Of a stretch of DNA of 64,000 bases, positions 10,227 through 19,994 are shown one piece after another; the first letter of the stretch is position 1, and every line of letters starts with the position of its first letter. The position numbers and the translations under genes were made by a program. This stretch comes from a virus (Duplodnaviria; Caudoviricetes), in IMG/VR virus record IMGVR_UViG_3300033075_001196, positions 60,388-124,387 of that record. One strand, given 5' to 3'. A model generated the notes under the pieces. The model saw only the letters and a list, made by a program, of their open reading frames with translations, was not told the origin of the DNA and searched no databases.

Positions 10227-10865
10227 TTAAACAGGAGATAAAATATGATTATATTTATGTAAATCAATAGTTTTTACTATTATAACTTCATTTTTATCAT
10301 TATAAACAAACCATTTGTGTTCAGAAGTGCATCTAACCAGTTCTTCATTTTCTAACTGTATTTCCCATATTTCTTTAACACCCTTATTAAAAAACTTAAA
10401 TGGCTGCCATTCTATTTTGTTTGTTTTGATATTATATGATTTAACCAAATCATTAGATTCATCCAATTCTTCAATTGGTATTGCAATTTCAATTCCTGCT
10501 CTTAATATGTAAACTAATGTGCCTTTTTCTAAACATTCATCTAAGATTGTAATCTTCCATTTCTTAAATCCAACAGTACTAACAAAATTAGTAACCTTTG
10601 TCCTAATAGTATCAACATTATTTTCTGATGATGCATTAATATATAGAAAATCACAATCTAAATGATTTGCTATTAGTTTAGCTGCGGTCGTCTTTCCCGT
10701 TCCTGGTTTAGCTCCGAATAATAATAAATGTGGTATTTCACCCTCATTTAAATAATTCTGCAGCCTTTCTTTGAAATCCTCATTACCCACATATTCAGAT
10801 AATTTGGATGGGCGGTATTTTTCAACCCATAAATTGTTTATAATCTTATTGGACATCCTTAACAA
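10227..10865 (-). CDS. Clamp loader ATPase (gp44/RFC small subunit), N-terminal half + 102-aa N-intein
   Basis: WVEKYRP, PGTGKTT Walker A, NAS, ILDE|CLEKGTLV...CTSEHKW. Confidence 0.93.
   Translation of the reverse strand: MLRMSNKIINNLWVEKYRPSKLSEYVGNEDFKERLQNYLNEGEIPHLLLFGAKPGTGKTTAAKLIANHLDCDFLYINASSENNVDTIRTKVTNFVSTVGFKKWKITILDECLEKGTLVYILRAGIEIAIPIEELDESNDLVKSYNIKTNKIEWQPFKFFNKGVKEIWEIQLENEELVRCTSEHKWFVYNDKNEVIIVKTIDLHKYNHILSPV
10230..10535 (-). mobile_element. Split intein N-fragment (102 aa) of the clamp loader
   Basis: Block A CLEKGTLV, block B VRCTSEHKWFV, then stop. Confidence 0.92.
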
Positions 10866-11433
10866 TAACTTTACCTAAATTTTTAAATAATGGATTATCT
10901 AAATCCACCGGTTCCATATGTGATATATCAATATCATTGAATTTTGATATAAGTGATTGCATTATTTGTCCAATTTCATCTTTCTGATTGTCATATAAGA
11001 AGGGGGACTCACCTTGATTACCTCGTGTTATGGTATCATATAAAATTTCCAATTCAGTTTGAACTTCTGCAATTGTCAACACTTCAATTGGTACATAATA
11101 CACTGGATAAGATATTGATTCCTGTGATGACGCCAATCCAGGATTGATTAATCTATCGGTAATTTTAATTGATTGGTGGTTTCTTTCAAATTTTATTTCA
11201 ATATCAATCTTATCTTCAAATACACATTTGAATCTATTAAGAATATATTCGTTTTTAAATCCATATGAAACTCCTGGTTCAAGTGTGTATGAATTGCCTG
11301 GCTTAATTTCGCCTAATCCATATAAACTAATGGGTTGATGTTGTGCTTGCCATTTAAGATTTTTGTTCTTGGTGTGTAATATTAAATCCTGCAGGAAAGT
11401 AACTGTAGTTTGAATTAATGTAATATCTCTCAT
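10846..11433 (-). CDS. Hypothetical protein
   Basis: 195-aa ORF in operon. Confidence 0.7.
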   Translation of the reverse strand: MRDITLIQTTVTFLQDLILHTKNKNLKWQAQHQPISLYGLGEIKPGNSYTLEPGVSYGFKNEYILNRFKCVFEDKIDIEIKFERNHQSIKITDRLINPGLASSQESISYPVYYVPIEVLTIAEVQTELEILYDTITRGNQGESPFLYDNQKDEIGQIMQSLISKFNDIDISHMEPVDLDNPLFKNLGKVIVKDVQ

Positions 11434-12494
11434 TTTATTAAATTTATTGTATTTAAAAGAATTTTTAATTGATTAGAATCATAATACTTATCATGTACCT
11501 TTTTACATAATATAGGTATTTGTTCTGAATAATCCAAATAATTTTCCATATATCCTTTAATTTTATCATGCATAAAATGTCTAGCTTTGATATAATTTAA
11601 AAAAGGTGGAATTAAAATCTTTCTTGGGAATGTGTAATCGTTTCCAAAAAATAACTTATTTACCTTCGTATCAGGTATCAATGGAATACAACCAAACATC
11701 AACGCCTCCCAAATTGGAAATGGATTAGCTTCCTTTGCACTATGAGATATTACTATTTTTGCTTTTGATAATAATCTGTAATGCTCTATTATAGAATAAT
11801 TTTTCTCGTAACATAATACAAAATCATATTCTGGATATATTTTTCTTAAATTTGTAAACAATCTAATATCATGATCACTATTTGGTCTAGTAATACATAC
11901 TATTAAATCAGTCTTTTCAATTTCTTGTTTTTTAGAAAATTCATATAAAGATGAAAATGGATTAGGACATAGTATTGTTTCTCCCCCTTTACTGGCGGCC
12001 AGGAACCTATTATAATGTTCTAATTGGTGTTCATTATTGACTAAATTATAATCATAACAAGCACTTAAAAACTTTTCAAATTTAAGAGACCAATCATAAT
12101 ACCCTTTATACTTGCCGTAATACATATTCGATTTAAAATTTAAATATGTATAATATATCCCATCATCCCAGAATCCAATGAACCTCCACTCTAATCCTTT
12201 AAGAGTCTTGTACTCATTCAATGCCAATACTAATGGGTGCCTGGCATTAGGAAATATGAATATTGCATTATATGGTATATGCTTATTTTGAATTAATTGT
12301 CCAGCATTGTTATATAATGATGCAACTGATAGGAAATTATTAAGATATCCATACTTCCAATTTGGATTGGGATGGCCTTTAATTATTTCAACATCATATC
12401 CCCAAGATTTAATTTCCTGCGGAACAAAATCAGTCCACTGTGAGGTGTATCTGACTCCAGTCACATCATTATCAACAATGAAAACTTTTTTCAT
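11430..12494 (-). CDS. Divergent GT-B glycosyltransferase-like protein
   Basis: YRLLSKAKIVIS..EANPFPIWEALMFGCIPLIP resembles the GT-B donor-binding segment. Confidence 0.65.
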   Translation of the reverse strand: MKKVFIVDNDVTGVRYTSQWTDFVPQEIKSWGYDVEIIKGHPNPNWKYGYLNNFLSVASLYNNAGQLIQNKHIPYNAIFIFPNARHPLVLALNEYKTLKGLEWRFIGFWDDGIYYTYLNFKSNMYYGKYKGYYDWSLKFEKFLSACYDYNLVNNEHQLEHYNRFLAASKGGETILCPNPFSSLYEFSKKQEIEKTDLIVCITRPNSDHDIRLFTNLRKIYPEYDFVLCYEKNYSIIEHYRLLSKAKIVISHSAKEANPFPIWEALMFGCIPLIPDTKVNKLFFGNDYTFPRKILIPPFLNYIKARHFMHDKIKGYMENYLDYSEQIPILCKKVHDKYYDSNQLKILLNTINLIK

Positions 12495-12745
12495 TAAGCT
12501 GGCCTTCTACCACTTGTTACTGACGGTTCGATAATTTTAATAATCTTTGTAGCCGTAACTGAATGAATTGCCCAATCTCCCGGATACCCCTCATATTCAG
12601 CATAGATTTGTTTTTCTACATCAGTTACATTTACAGCATTGACTAAAAATTGTTCTACCATCTTTTTAATTTTACCACTTCTTTCATCCTCTATTTTCTT
12701 TTCGACCTTCACGAGGAAATAGGTCATTTCTGCTAAATCTGCCAT
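12494..12745 (-). CDS. DUF4494-like protein
   Basis: YFLVKV..SGKIKKMVEQFLVNA..TDVE pattern, recalled from a Bacteroidota family. Confidence 0.65.
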   Translation of the reverse strand: MADLAEMTYFLVKVEKKIEDERSGKIKKMVEQFLVNAVNVTDVEKQIYAEYEGYPGDWAIHSVTATKIIKIIEPSVTSGRRPA

Positions 12746-12747
12746 TT

Positions 12748-12951
12748 TTAATTGTTTTTATTTTCTATGACTGTAATATTTTTTATTAAATGATTTATTT
12801 TGGATTGAAATTTATTACATTCCTTTTTGGTATTCGCATATAACGTGAAGGATGTGCGTTGATAATCAAATGGAAGAAACCAATAATCTTCTCCTAATGG
12901 TTGGTTTAATTCTACAATAATTGTATACTTAAATTTTAATACTTTTTTCAT
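12748..12951 (-). CDS. Hypothetical protein
   Basis: Small ORF in operon. Confidence 0.55.
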   Translation of the reverse strand: MKKVLKFKYTIIVELNQPLGEDYWFLPFDYQRTSFTLYANTKKECNKFQSKINHLIKNITVIENKNN

Positions 12952-13199
12952 TCGGGAATATTAATACTGTTAATATATTCTACATGAGATGTTTGTTCAA
13001 TTCTGGTTGGTGTTAGTCCTGATAGTGAAAATCCATGTGATTCAAACTTAAATAGTTTTTTAAGATCATCAAATGACATATCTCGAATGATTCGTTCCGC
13101 ATTTCTTCGGCATGCAAACTCTTCAATTGATATTCCATAATAATCTTCCAGGCCTGAAATTTTATCTGATTCAATTCTTATTTGAGATCTGTATTTCAT
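12948..13199 (-). CDS. Hypothetical protein
   Basis: Small ORF with 4-nt overlaps at both ends. Confidence 0.6.
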   Translation of the reverse strand: MKYRSQIRIESDKISGLEDYYGISIEEFACRRNAERIIRDMSFDDLKKLFKFESHGFSLSGLTPTRIEQTSHVEYINSINIPE

Positions 13200-13756
13200 A
13201 TAGAATAAGTTGCACTAGTTTTCGGAGTTTCCTTGAATTCAACTGAGGTTACATTTGTTATATTTTTTAATTTATTCGCAATTATATCAAAAAACCATTT
13301 AGAGAGGTTTTCAGAAGTTGGAATAAAATTTACAAATATCAATCCTTGATATATTTCTTGTTTAAATAATTCTAATTTAGAATATAATTCAGGTTTAACA
13401 ATCCAATAATCTTCTGCAAATTGTAATAAATATTCATTTCTATTTTCAGCATTCATTCCTTCTAAAATCGGATAAAAATAAGAACAAACTTCTGGATCAT
13501 TGATATCCAAAATACATTTGTGATCAATAGTGTTGTCAATAAACTGTTTAAAAAATGATAGATTTTTAAAATCTATAATCATTCCTTGTTCATTTAATCC
13601 AGTGTCTTCCAATTCAATATTTATAACTCCATTATGACCATGTCTGAACCTGCAAGAGCAAACATTATCAATACTTAATCCAGGAATTAGAATTTGGCTG
13701 TGAACCCTATGCGAATAGGAAAATTCAAAACTTTTAGCAATAGTCCATTTGCTCAT
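13196..13756 (-). CDS. queD: 6-carboxy-5,6,7,8-tetrahydropterin synthase
   Basis: FSYSHR, CRFRHGHN, MIIDF, DH, PTSENL, ETP motifs. Confidence 0.92.
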   Translation of the reverse strand: MSKWTIAKSFEFSYSHRVHSQILIPGLSIDNVCSCRFRHGHNGVINIELEDTGLNEQGMIIDFKNLSFFKQFIDNTIDHKCILDINDPEVCSYFYPILEGMNAENRNEYLLQFAEDYWIVKPELYSKLELFKQEIYQGLIFVNFIPTSENLSKWFFDIIANKLKNITNVTSVEFKETPKTSATYSI

Positions 13757-14651
13757 ATTTTAAAATTTGTTTATATTTATAACTATTATAATCTAATTTA
13801 ATTGATTCGAAATAATTTGGAAAAACCATACTATTTAAATATAATATATTTTTAAGAAATTTGATAGTTCTGATTGTTTTATCCAAATCTTGAATACTTC
13901 CTACTAGAACATTACAATTACAACATTCATATATCTCCGAATCCAAATATATATTGTTGTTATAAGTTAATATCAGGATAGGATTGATTGTACTTTGTCT
14001 CAAAACTTTCATCTTTTCAATGAATGTCTTCTTCCATTCAGGACTAGCAAATCCAGAAATTTCAACAATTATATTATCGTATATAACAAAATCTACTATT
14101 TTTCTTTTACCATCAATTAAATTGACTATAACTTCATTAATATATGGTATATTATTTTTAATACAATATTCTGAAAATGATACTTCTAATTTTGATCTAA
14201 ATCTTTGTCCGATACTATTTAAACATTTCAAAGTACTAAAATTTTTAGATCTTAAACACGTGAAATTTGGATTTTCTAAGTCCTTTTTAAATCCACAACC
14301 AGGAGTTTTAGTTCCATATATTTCTATATATGTTTTACCCCGATTATTATGGTTTACCCAATATGGATTTTTATCTATCATCATTCTAGATCGCATGAAC
14401 TTTTTTTCACAACCACAAGGACATTGTGTTAATATTTTTTCATTACATGTGTAACAGGTTTTAGATTTATATTCTTTAGCAAAATATTGATTATTACAAT
14501 GTTCACATACTTTATTATAAGATCTATTTATATCTTTTCTTAAATGTATTGGTGTAGATATTTTTTTACACTTAAGGCATTTTTTATGTGTTGGGCAATT
14601 AATAATAAACAAATCATTGCAAATTATACAATGTTTCTCCTGTTTAATCAT
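13734..14651 (-). CDS. Putative homing endonuclease (Zn fingers + PD-(D/E)XK domain)
   Basis: CxxC repeats, CPCGC, FRSKLE..VDF..VEISG. Confidence 0.7.
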   Translation of the reverse strand: MIKQEKHCIICNDLFIINCPTHKKCLKCKKISTPIHLRKDINRSYNKVCEHCNNQYFAKEYKSKTCYTCNEKILTQCPCGCEKKFMRSRMMIDKNPYWVNHNNRGKTYIEIYGTKTPGCGFKKDLENPNFTCLRSKNFSTLKCLNSIGQRFRSKLEVSFSEYCIKNNIPYINEVIVNLIDGKRKIVDFVIYDNIIVEISGFASPEWKKTFIEKMKVLRQSTINPILILTYNNNIYLDSEIYECCNCNVLVGSIQDLDKTIRTIKFLKNILYLNSMVFPNYFESIKLDYNSYKYKQILKYEQMDYC

Positions 14652-14656
14652 TATAA

Positions 14657-14875
14657 TTATGAAAAATTTATTTGATTATAAAATCTTGGATAATCTTCAG
14701 CTACAGTCAATCCCTCCAATGGAATTTTTTTGAGTCCAGTACATTTGGCTACTGTCTCTCCTTGATATATGTCCATTACGTCTTCAATTACTGCACAATT
14801 TGCTTCTTGTCCTGATTCAGATAAGAATATATAAAATTCTCCATCTTTATTAGTGACTACATCTCCTCTTTTCAT
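14657..14875 (-). CDS. Hypothetical protein
   Basis: 72-aa ORF. Confidence 0.6.
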   Translation of the reverse strand: MKRGDVVTNKDGEFYIFLSESGQEANCAVIEDVMDIYQGETVAKCTGLKKIPLEGLTVAEDYPRFYNQINFS

Positions 14876-15008
14876 TTCTTATAAGTTTAAATTTAAATAA
14901 AATATAATGAATATATGATCCTATTATAGTTGACCCAAATATTAATGTAAAGATATTTGGATGTCCTTCTCCACACAATCCCAATGAATGTTTAATTATT
15001 TCTATCAT
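14850..15008 (-). CDS. Small membrane protein (start probably ATG 15008)
   Basis: MIEIIKHSLGLCGEGHPNIFTL + hydrophobic stretch; ATGA overlap with the upstream stop. Confidence 0.55.
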   Translation of the reverse strand: MIEIIKHSLGLCGEGHPNIFTLIFGSTIIGSYIHYILFKFKLIRNEKRRCSH

Positions 15009-15535
15009 TCCTTTATTTTTTCCACTTCGAAAATATAATTTAAATTTCTTGATGTGTCTTCTAAATCGTCCATCCCATATCCAGCTATCCACTCATTATT
15101 TATTTCAAATCCATTAATATAATGAATAGATGGATCCAATGCTGGGCTATCCTTTCTCTTGATTAATGTAATTACAGTTATAGATTTGGGAGAGTATTCC
15201 TTAAATTTATTGATGATAAAATTAATCGTGTTTCCAGTATCCAATATATCATCGACTAATATAATATCCTTTCCTACTATAGGATATTTCGGGAATTTAT
15301 GCACTCTCATTTGAGTTTGTCTCATTCCTTCATATGAAGACACTTTAATGAAATCACATTTAATTGGAGTACCAATACATTTAACTAAATCCGCATAAAA
15401 TCTAAATGCCCCATCTAACATACAAAATACCGTCGGAATTTGCATACTATTTTTGTTAATATGATCAGATAGTTTAACCCCCAGTTGGGTTGTCATATTA
15501 CTAATTTCTTGTGCTGATAGTAAGATCTTCTTCAT
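15005..15535 (-). CDS. hpt: Hypoxanthine/guanine phosphoribosyltransferase
   Basis: LDGAFRFYADL, VSSY, ILVDDILDTGNT (PRPP loop), AGYGMD..RNL. Confidence 0.9.
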   Translation of the reverse strand: MKKILLSAQEISNMTTQLGVKLSDHINKNSMQIPTVFCMLDGAFRFYADLVKCIGTPIKCDFIKVSSYEGMRQTQMRVHKFPKYPIVGKDIILVDDILDTGNTINFIINKFKEYSPKSITVITLIKRKDSPALDPSIHYINGFEINNEWIAGYGMDDLEDTSRNLNYIFEVEKIKE

Positions 15536-15710
15536 ATCCTTTTTCTATTAAAATGTTTCTAAATGCGGCTTCATAATATGTTGGAATATCAAATGATTCT
15601 CCTTGTTCATTTTTAAAAATTTCAATTGAAATTTTAGCTCTTTCAATAACTTCTGTAGTTAAGAAATATGAACTAGCTTCTTGTAAAATTTCTTCTATTC
15701 TATTTATCAT
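15501..15710 (-). CDS. Hypothetical protein
   Basis: 69-aa ORF. Confidence 0.6.
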   Translation of the reverse strand: MINRIEEILQEASSYFLTTEVIERAKISIEIFKNEQGESFDIPTYYEAAFRNILIEKGYEEDLTISTRN

Positions 15711-15711
15711 A

Positions 15712-16410
15712 TTAAGATTCTGACATTACTAGATAATATTTTGAAGCAATATCTTCTGCTTGGAATTGGCATATTAATATGCCGGCAGCGGATACCATTA
15801 TCTTTCCAGATGTACAATCTTTATTTGCTGATAATATTTCCTTCAACATATCTGCATTAAATAATAAAATTCCATCAATTGAATATTCAACTTCAGTGGG
15901 AATTGTTATTCTATCTGTATTATGTGTTGCATAATTAATTATGATATCTACTTTACCATCTGCATTTGTTTGGAATGCAAAATTAGTAGATTCTTCAATT
16001 GCTCCTTTAGCCTTTAAATACTTATCAATGAAAATTGAATTTATTGCAAATTCAAAATCAGGATCAGGAATTTCTTGTGTAGTTGGGGGATCTGGAATTA
16101 TTTCAAGTTTAGCCAGCATAAATTTGGCACTGATAGACTCGTCCTTAAAATTTATAGACTCGTCTGTAGTTGTGATATCTACTTCATTTTGAAGTGCTCC
16201 CAACATTTTGACAATGCCTTTGGTATTATAAATACCAAATTGGCCTTCTGGAAAATTTATTCCTTTTACTGCAACCATTCCCAAAGTTGATTTGTCCTCA
16301 GTTACAAAATTAGTAATTAGGCCACGATTCTTTGAATTCCATTTTACGGTATTACATAAGCCATTCAAAGAATATTTGCTTATGAAATTTAATAGTTTTG
16401 CTTTCTCCAT
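15712..16410 (-). CDS. DNA sliding clamp (gp45-like)
   Basis: 232 aa, FGIYN motif, immediately downstream of PolB. Confidence 0.75.
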   Translation of the reverse strand: MEKAKLLNFISKYSLNGLCNTVKWNSKNRGLITNFVTEDKSTLGMVAVKGINFPEGQFGIYNTKGIVKMLGALQNEVDITTTDESINFKDESISAKFMLAKLEIIPDPPTTQEIPDPDFEFAINSIFIDKYLKAKGAIEESTNFAFQTNADGKVDIIINYATHNTDRITIPTEVEYSIDGILLFNADMLKEILSANKDCTSGKIMVSAAGILICQFQAEDIASKYYLVMSES

Positions 16411-18998
16411 TATTTAAATTTAAAAAATTTGTTTGTATTTTCATTTGTTATAATTGCCCCCCAATTTAATGCATCCCAGAATGATTGCAATTTACTTTTT
16501 AATGTATTTTCAAATAAATCATTCCTATCAATATATTCAGTAACAAAATTTAATATTTCTTTAGGATCATCATTTCCTGTTAGTGCCATGGTTTCGAATC
16601 CAAACTGGTTTTTATTAACATAACACCAAAGAATTTTATCACCATCATTAATTTTAGGAATGTTTGTAATGTTAAACATATCTAATAACCTATTATAATT
16701 CATTGCCGCTTTAACATGTACTGGAGTTCCTTTTATATGTTTGCCTTCAGTCTTCCACTTTTGGATATCTTTAACACCGGTTGGTAACATTATGTCATTA
16801 ATATAAGTATTTTTTATAGTATAACCAAATTGTTGGACCTTTTTATTTAATAAAGTTTTATCTTTATCATGTAAGATATCAGTTAAGATCCCTTTCATAA
16901 ATTCTCTAAATGCTTTTGGAAAGTTTGATCTAACTACATCTATTCCTTTAACATCTATTTTATCAACTGGATATCCTTCTTTATTAACCATCCATTGAGC
17001 ATATCTCTTCTTTGAATCTAACCACAAAGCTCTTTTAGAAACATATTCTTGTTTAATATTCCACATATGCTCCTTAACATTATGAAATTTATCTGCATAT
17101 GAATCGTATGATTTATTAATAAATGATTGCACTTCCGTTGCTACATCCAATGTATATTTAATAATTTCCTCATCTGTTAGTAAATCTATACTTCCATATC
17201 TATGTTCTATAATAGGAACAGCTGAATAAAATAGACTATCTGTGTCAACATATATACATAATGAATCATGTGTTCCTAAAATTTGGGCATATTTTAAATT
17301 GGCAGCCTTCTCCGAAAAATTAATTACTGTTTGTCCAGTTAATGTAACTGCTTCTCCATTATCTTTGTCATGAAATCTAAATGTTTTCAATAATAAAACT
17401 CCATAAAAGGAATTTAATAAAATTTTAGTAACTAATTGCTTTTTATCATATAATGCTGCTAGATTTTTATCTCCAGATTCAGTATATTCTCTTTTAAGTT
17501 TATTAAACTCCTTTCTTTCTGCAAACCATCTTTTCAATATTGATGGGATCAATCCAACTTTATCTAAACTATATAGTATACCGTTGCTTGATATTGATAA
17601 ATTGTTTTTCTTTAAATATGTTCTCAATTCAATTGAGTGTGTAAACCTCAATTTATTTGTTTTAAATCCTTCCTCGGAAAACTTTCCAGCATTGGATTTT
17701 TCTTTAATCAATTCTACATTATATACTATATCTTTATTCGCCGCGAATTTTAGTGGATCATAATTTAGAACACGACCAAATTTAGTCTCAGGAGAAATAT
17801 TGAGAGATATGATATTTGATGGGTACAGCGATGTTAAATCGATATCATACACCCATTTATATAATCCCGGTTTAGGATCTTTAACAAATGCCCCTTCTGC
17901 TTTTTCATCATCATCTGATTCGTGTGGCTTTTGTGATGACGCAACTAAATTATTTCTCTTACAAAATGTTAATGATGCACCTTCAAGGTATTTAGATGGG
18001 AATATAAAATCTTCATATGCCACATGACCTTTATGACATATACCTCTAGCAATATCAATTAAATCTAATTTTTCATTTAATGACACTATCAATTCAACGT
18101 CAACAATATTATATTCTGCAAACTTCTTAATATCTGTATTATATAATTTATCTAGATCACCATCATATTCAATTTTACCTCTTTTTAATTCTTCCTTTGC
18201 TATAGTATCTAGCTTATAATTGGGAGATTCTGAATATGTGAAATTTTTATATAATGACAAATAATCTAATATAGATACTCCAGCTATTACTACCTTTAAT
18301 TGATTGAAGTCACCTGCAGGTCTTGTTTTGCAAATTTTTATTGGACTTAATCCTTTGGCCCAATCCTTTCCTAAAACTTTACTAATTCTATTATAAAGGT
18401 ATGGCATATCAAAAAATTCAACATTCCATCCAGTAATGACATCTGGCTTAATTAAATTATATTCTCTTAAAAAGACTTTTAATAAATCAAATTCAGATTT
18501 AAAAGTAAAATATTTTGCCTTTACTGTTTTTGTTTCATCATTAGGCAATTTAATTATGACATCATCATCATATTCTGATGGTGGTCTGTTTTTATCTAAT
18601 AATAAACAATAATATAAATTTTCTTTATATGAATAATAAGATATTGCAGTAATAGTATTACCTGCCTCTTCTGTAGTTGAATAAGATCCTTCTTTAGCTA
18701 CCTCAATGTCTAATGGCAAAATTACTAGTCCAGTTGATATGTCATCAGAATCTGGATATAAATCAATTAATGTTCTTGTTACTGCAGGAACATCATGCTC
18801 ATAAATCATTCCTAGTTTTTCTGCGGTTTCTGGCCAATCAGTAACTTTCTTAACATTTTGGCCATCCATAGTTATATGATCACCTTTTAGATCTACTTGA
18901 TATGCATATGGTTGATATTTGAATTTAGAATATCCTTCAATAGAATCCCACAAATGAATATCATTATTCCAAGAATCAAAATATATATTTTTATACAT
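16410..18998 (-). CDS. Family B DNA polymerase (gp43-like)
   Basis: Exo DIE, GWNVEFFD, YNIVD; Pol DLTSLYPS, KILLNSFYG, YVDTDS. Confidence 0.97.
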   Translation of the reverse strand: MYKNIYFDSWNNDIHLWDSIEGYSKFKYQPYAYQVDLKGDHITMDGQNVKKVTDWPETAEKLGMIYEHDVPAVTRTLIDLYPDSDDISTGLVILPLDIEVAKEGSYSTTEEAGNTITAISYYSYKENLYYCLLLDKNRPPSEYDDDVIIKLPNDETKTVKAKYFTFKSEFDLLKVFLREYNLIKPDVITGWNVEFFDMPYLYNRISKVLGKDWAKGLSPIKICKTRPAGDFNQLKVVIAGVSILDYLSLYKNFTYSESPNYKLDTIAKEELKRGKIEYDGDLDKLYNTDIKKFAEYNIVDVELIVSLNEKLDLIDIARGICHKGHVAYEDFIFPSKYLEGASLTFCKRNNLVASSQKPHESDDDEKAEGAFVKDPKPGLYKWVYDIDLTSLYPSNIISLNISPETKFGRVLNYDPLKFAANKDIVYNVELIKEKSNAGKFSEEGFKTNKLRFTHSIELRTYLKKNNLSISSNGILYSLDKVGLIPSILKRWFAERKEFNKLKREYTESGDKNLAALYDKKQLVTKILLNSFYGVLLLKTFRFHDKDNGEAVTLTGQTVINFSEKAANLKYAQILGTHDSLCIYVDTDSLFYSAVPIIEHRYGSIDLLTDEEIIKYTLDVATEVQSFINKSYDSYADKFHNVKEHMWNIKQEYVSKRALWLDSKKRYAQWMVNKEGYPVDKIDVKGIDVVRSNFPKAFREFMKGILTDILHDKDKTLLNKKVQQFGYTIKNTYINDIMLPTGVKDIQKWKTEGKHIKGTPVHVKAAMNYNRLLDMFNITNIPKINDGDKILWCYVNKNQFGFETMALTGNDDPKEILNFVTEYIDRNDLFENTLKSKLQSFWDALNWGAIITNENTNKFFKFK

Positions 18999-19689
18999 TA
19001 TTTATTTTTATACATTTTAAACTATTCTGATGTCTTTTGATTACATTTTTATGGAATGGTTTACCACAATTCTCACAAGATATTTTAGGCCTTTCAAAAT
19101 ATTTCAATCTAATCACATTATTAATTTCAGAATATTTTTCTTCCCATTTATCTCCGTATTTTTCTTGTAATGTTTGTTTCCAAGGTTTATATACTCTATT
19201 AATATTTTTTCTTTTAGGCAATGCTTTTCTTTTTTGCTTAAGTTCTTCTTTCATTCTATTTGCTTCTATTAATCCATATTTTAATATCCATCTTTTATAA
19301 TATCCCATACCTTTATTGGGATTCAAATCACCAATACATTTATTTGATATTTTCTTTCCGATTTCTAAAATATTTGGATTTCTAGTCAATGTATCTCCAC
19401 CGCAGCCGCCTTCAGTAATATTACATAAATTAGCCAATCCTATAGATAATATTAATTCCCGTTCCTTTTTAAATGATTCTTGTTCAGTTAAATCAAAATA
19501 TGTAATTTCAGGTATAAACCCATTTGATTTTTTGACAATTCTAGACCACCAAACATTTCTAGATTCATCACTGAAAGCTCTATTACCAGTACCCTTTCCT
19601 ACATAAAAAATGGTATTATCAGTTTTTCGTTTATGGACATACACATAAAATATTCTTTGAATTTTTTTATCTTCTAATGTACTGGACAT
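18991..19689 (-). CDS. GIY-YIG-like homing endonuclease
   Basis: FYVYVH..FYVGKG..R..E..N.TEGG; C-terminal CENC..H. Confidence 0.8.
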   Translation of the reverse strand: MSSTLEDKKIQRIFYVYVHKRKTDNTIFYVGKGTGNRAFSDESRNVWWSRIVKKSNGFIPEITYFDLTEQESFKKERELILSIGLANLCNITEGGCGGDTLTRNPNILEIGKKISNKCIGDLNPNKGMGYYKRWILKYGLIEANRMKEELKQKRKALPKRKNINRVYKPWKQTLQEKYGDKWEEKYSEINNVIRLKYFERPKISCENCGKPFHKNVIKRHQNSLKCIKINNV

Positions 19690-19709
19690 TTTTATTTAGT
19701 TTAGATGGA

Positions 19710-19763
19710 CTAGGAGGTGCATATGTAGCCTCTGAGCCAATATACGAAATCTCTTGGTGTCAT
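19710..19763 (-). pseudogene. 17-codon remnant of a small phage protein (MTPRDFVYWLRGY...)
   Basis: Manual translation; the N-terminus resembles a common MT.xxF.YWL.G[YF] phage family but stops after 17 aa. Confidence 0.4.
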
Positions 19764-19781
19764 ACTATTTAAATTTTTTAT

Positions 19782-19979
19782 TTAATTTAATGAATGTGGT
19801 GATGGAGCTGTACCTAACGTCTTACACAATATATCATGCAATGAACTTGGAGTTAAATTTGTTATAACATCCCGACTTGAATCATTAAGTACAATACATA
19901 TATATCCATATCCAGCTGGAATGATTTCCGGTAAGGTAGTTGATATCTTTTCTGTTACTTTACGGTTTATTTTACTCAT
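19782..19979 (-). CDS. Hypothetical protein
   Basis: 65-aa ORF. Confidence 0.55.
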   Translation of the reverse strand: MSKINRKVTEKISTTLPEIIPAGYGYICIVLNDSSRDVITNLTPSSLHDILCKTLGTAPSPHSLN

Positions 19980-19994
19980 TTTTCGTGTATTGAA

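Noticed and set aside
16410-18998. Inteins in PolB (also checked RNR and helicase)
   Set aside because: Motifs are contiguous, lengths are normal and no HN-C/S/T junctions were seen
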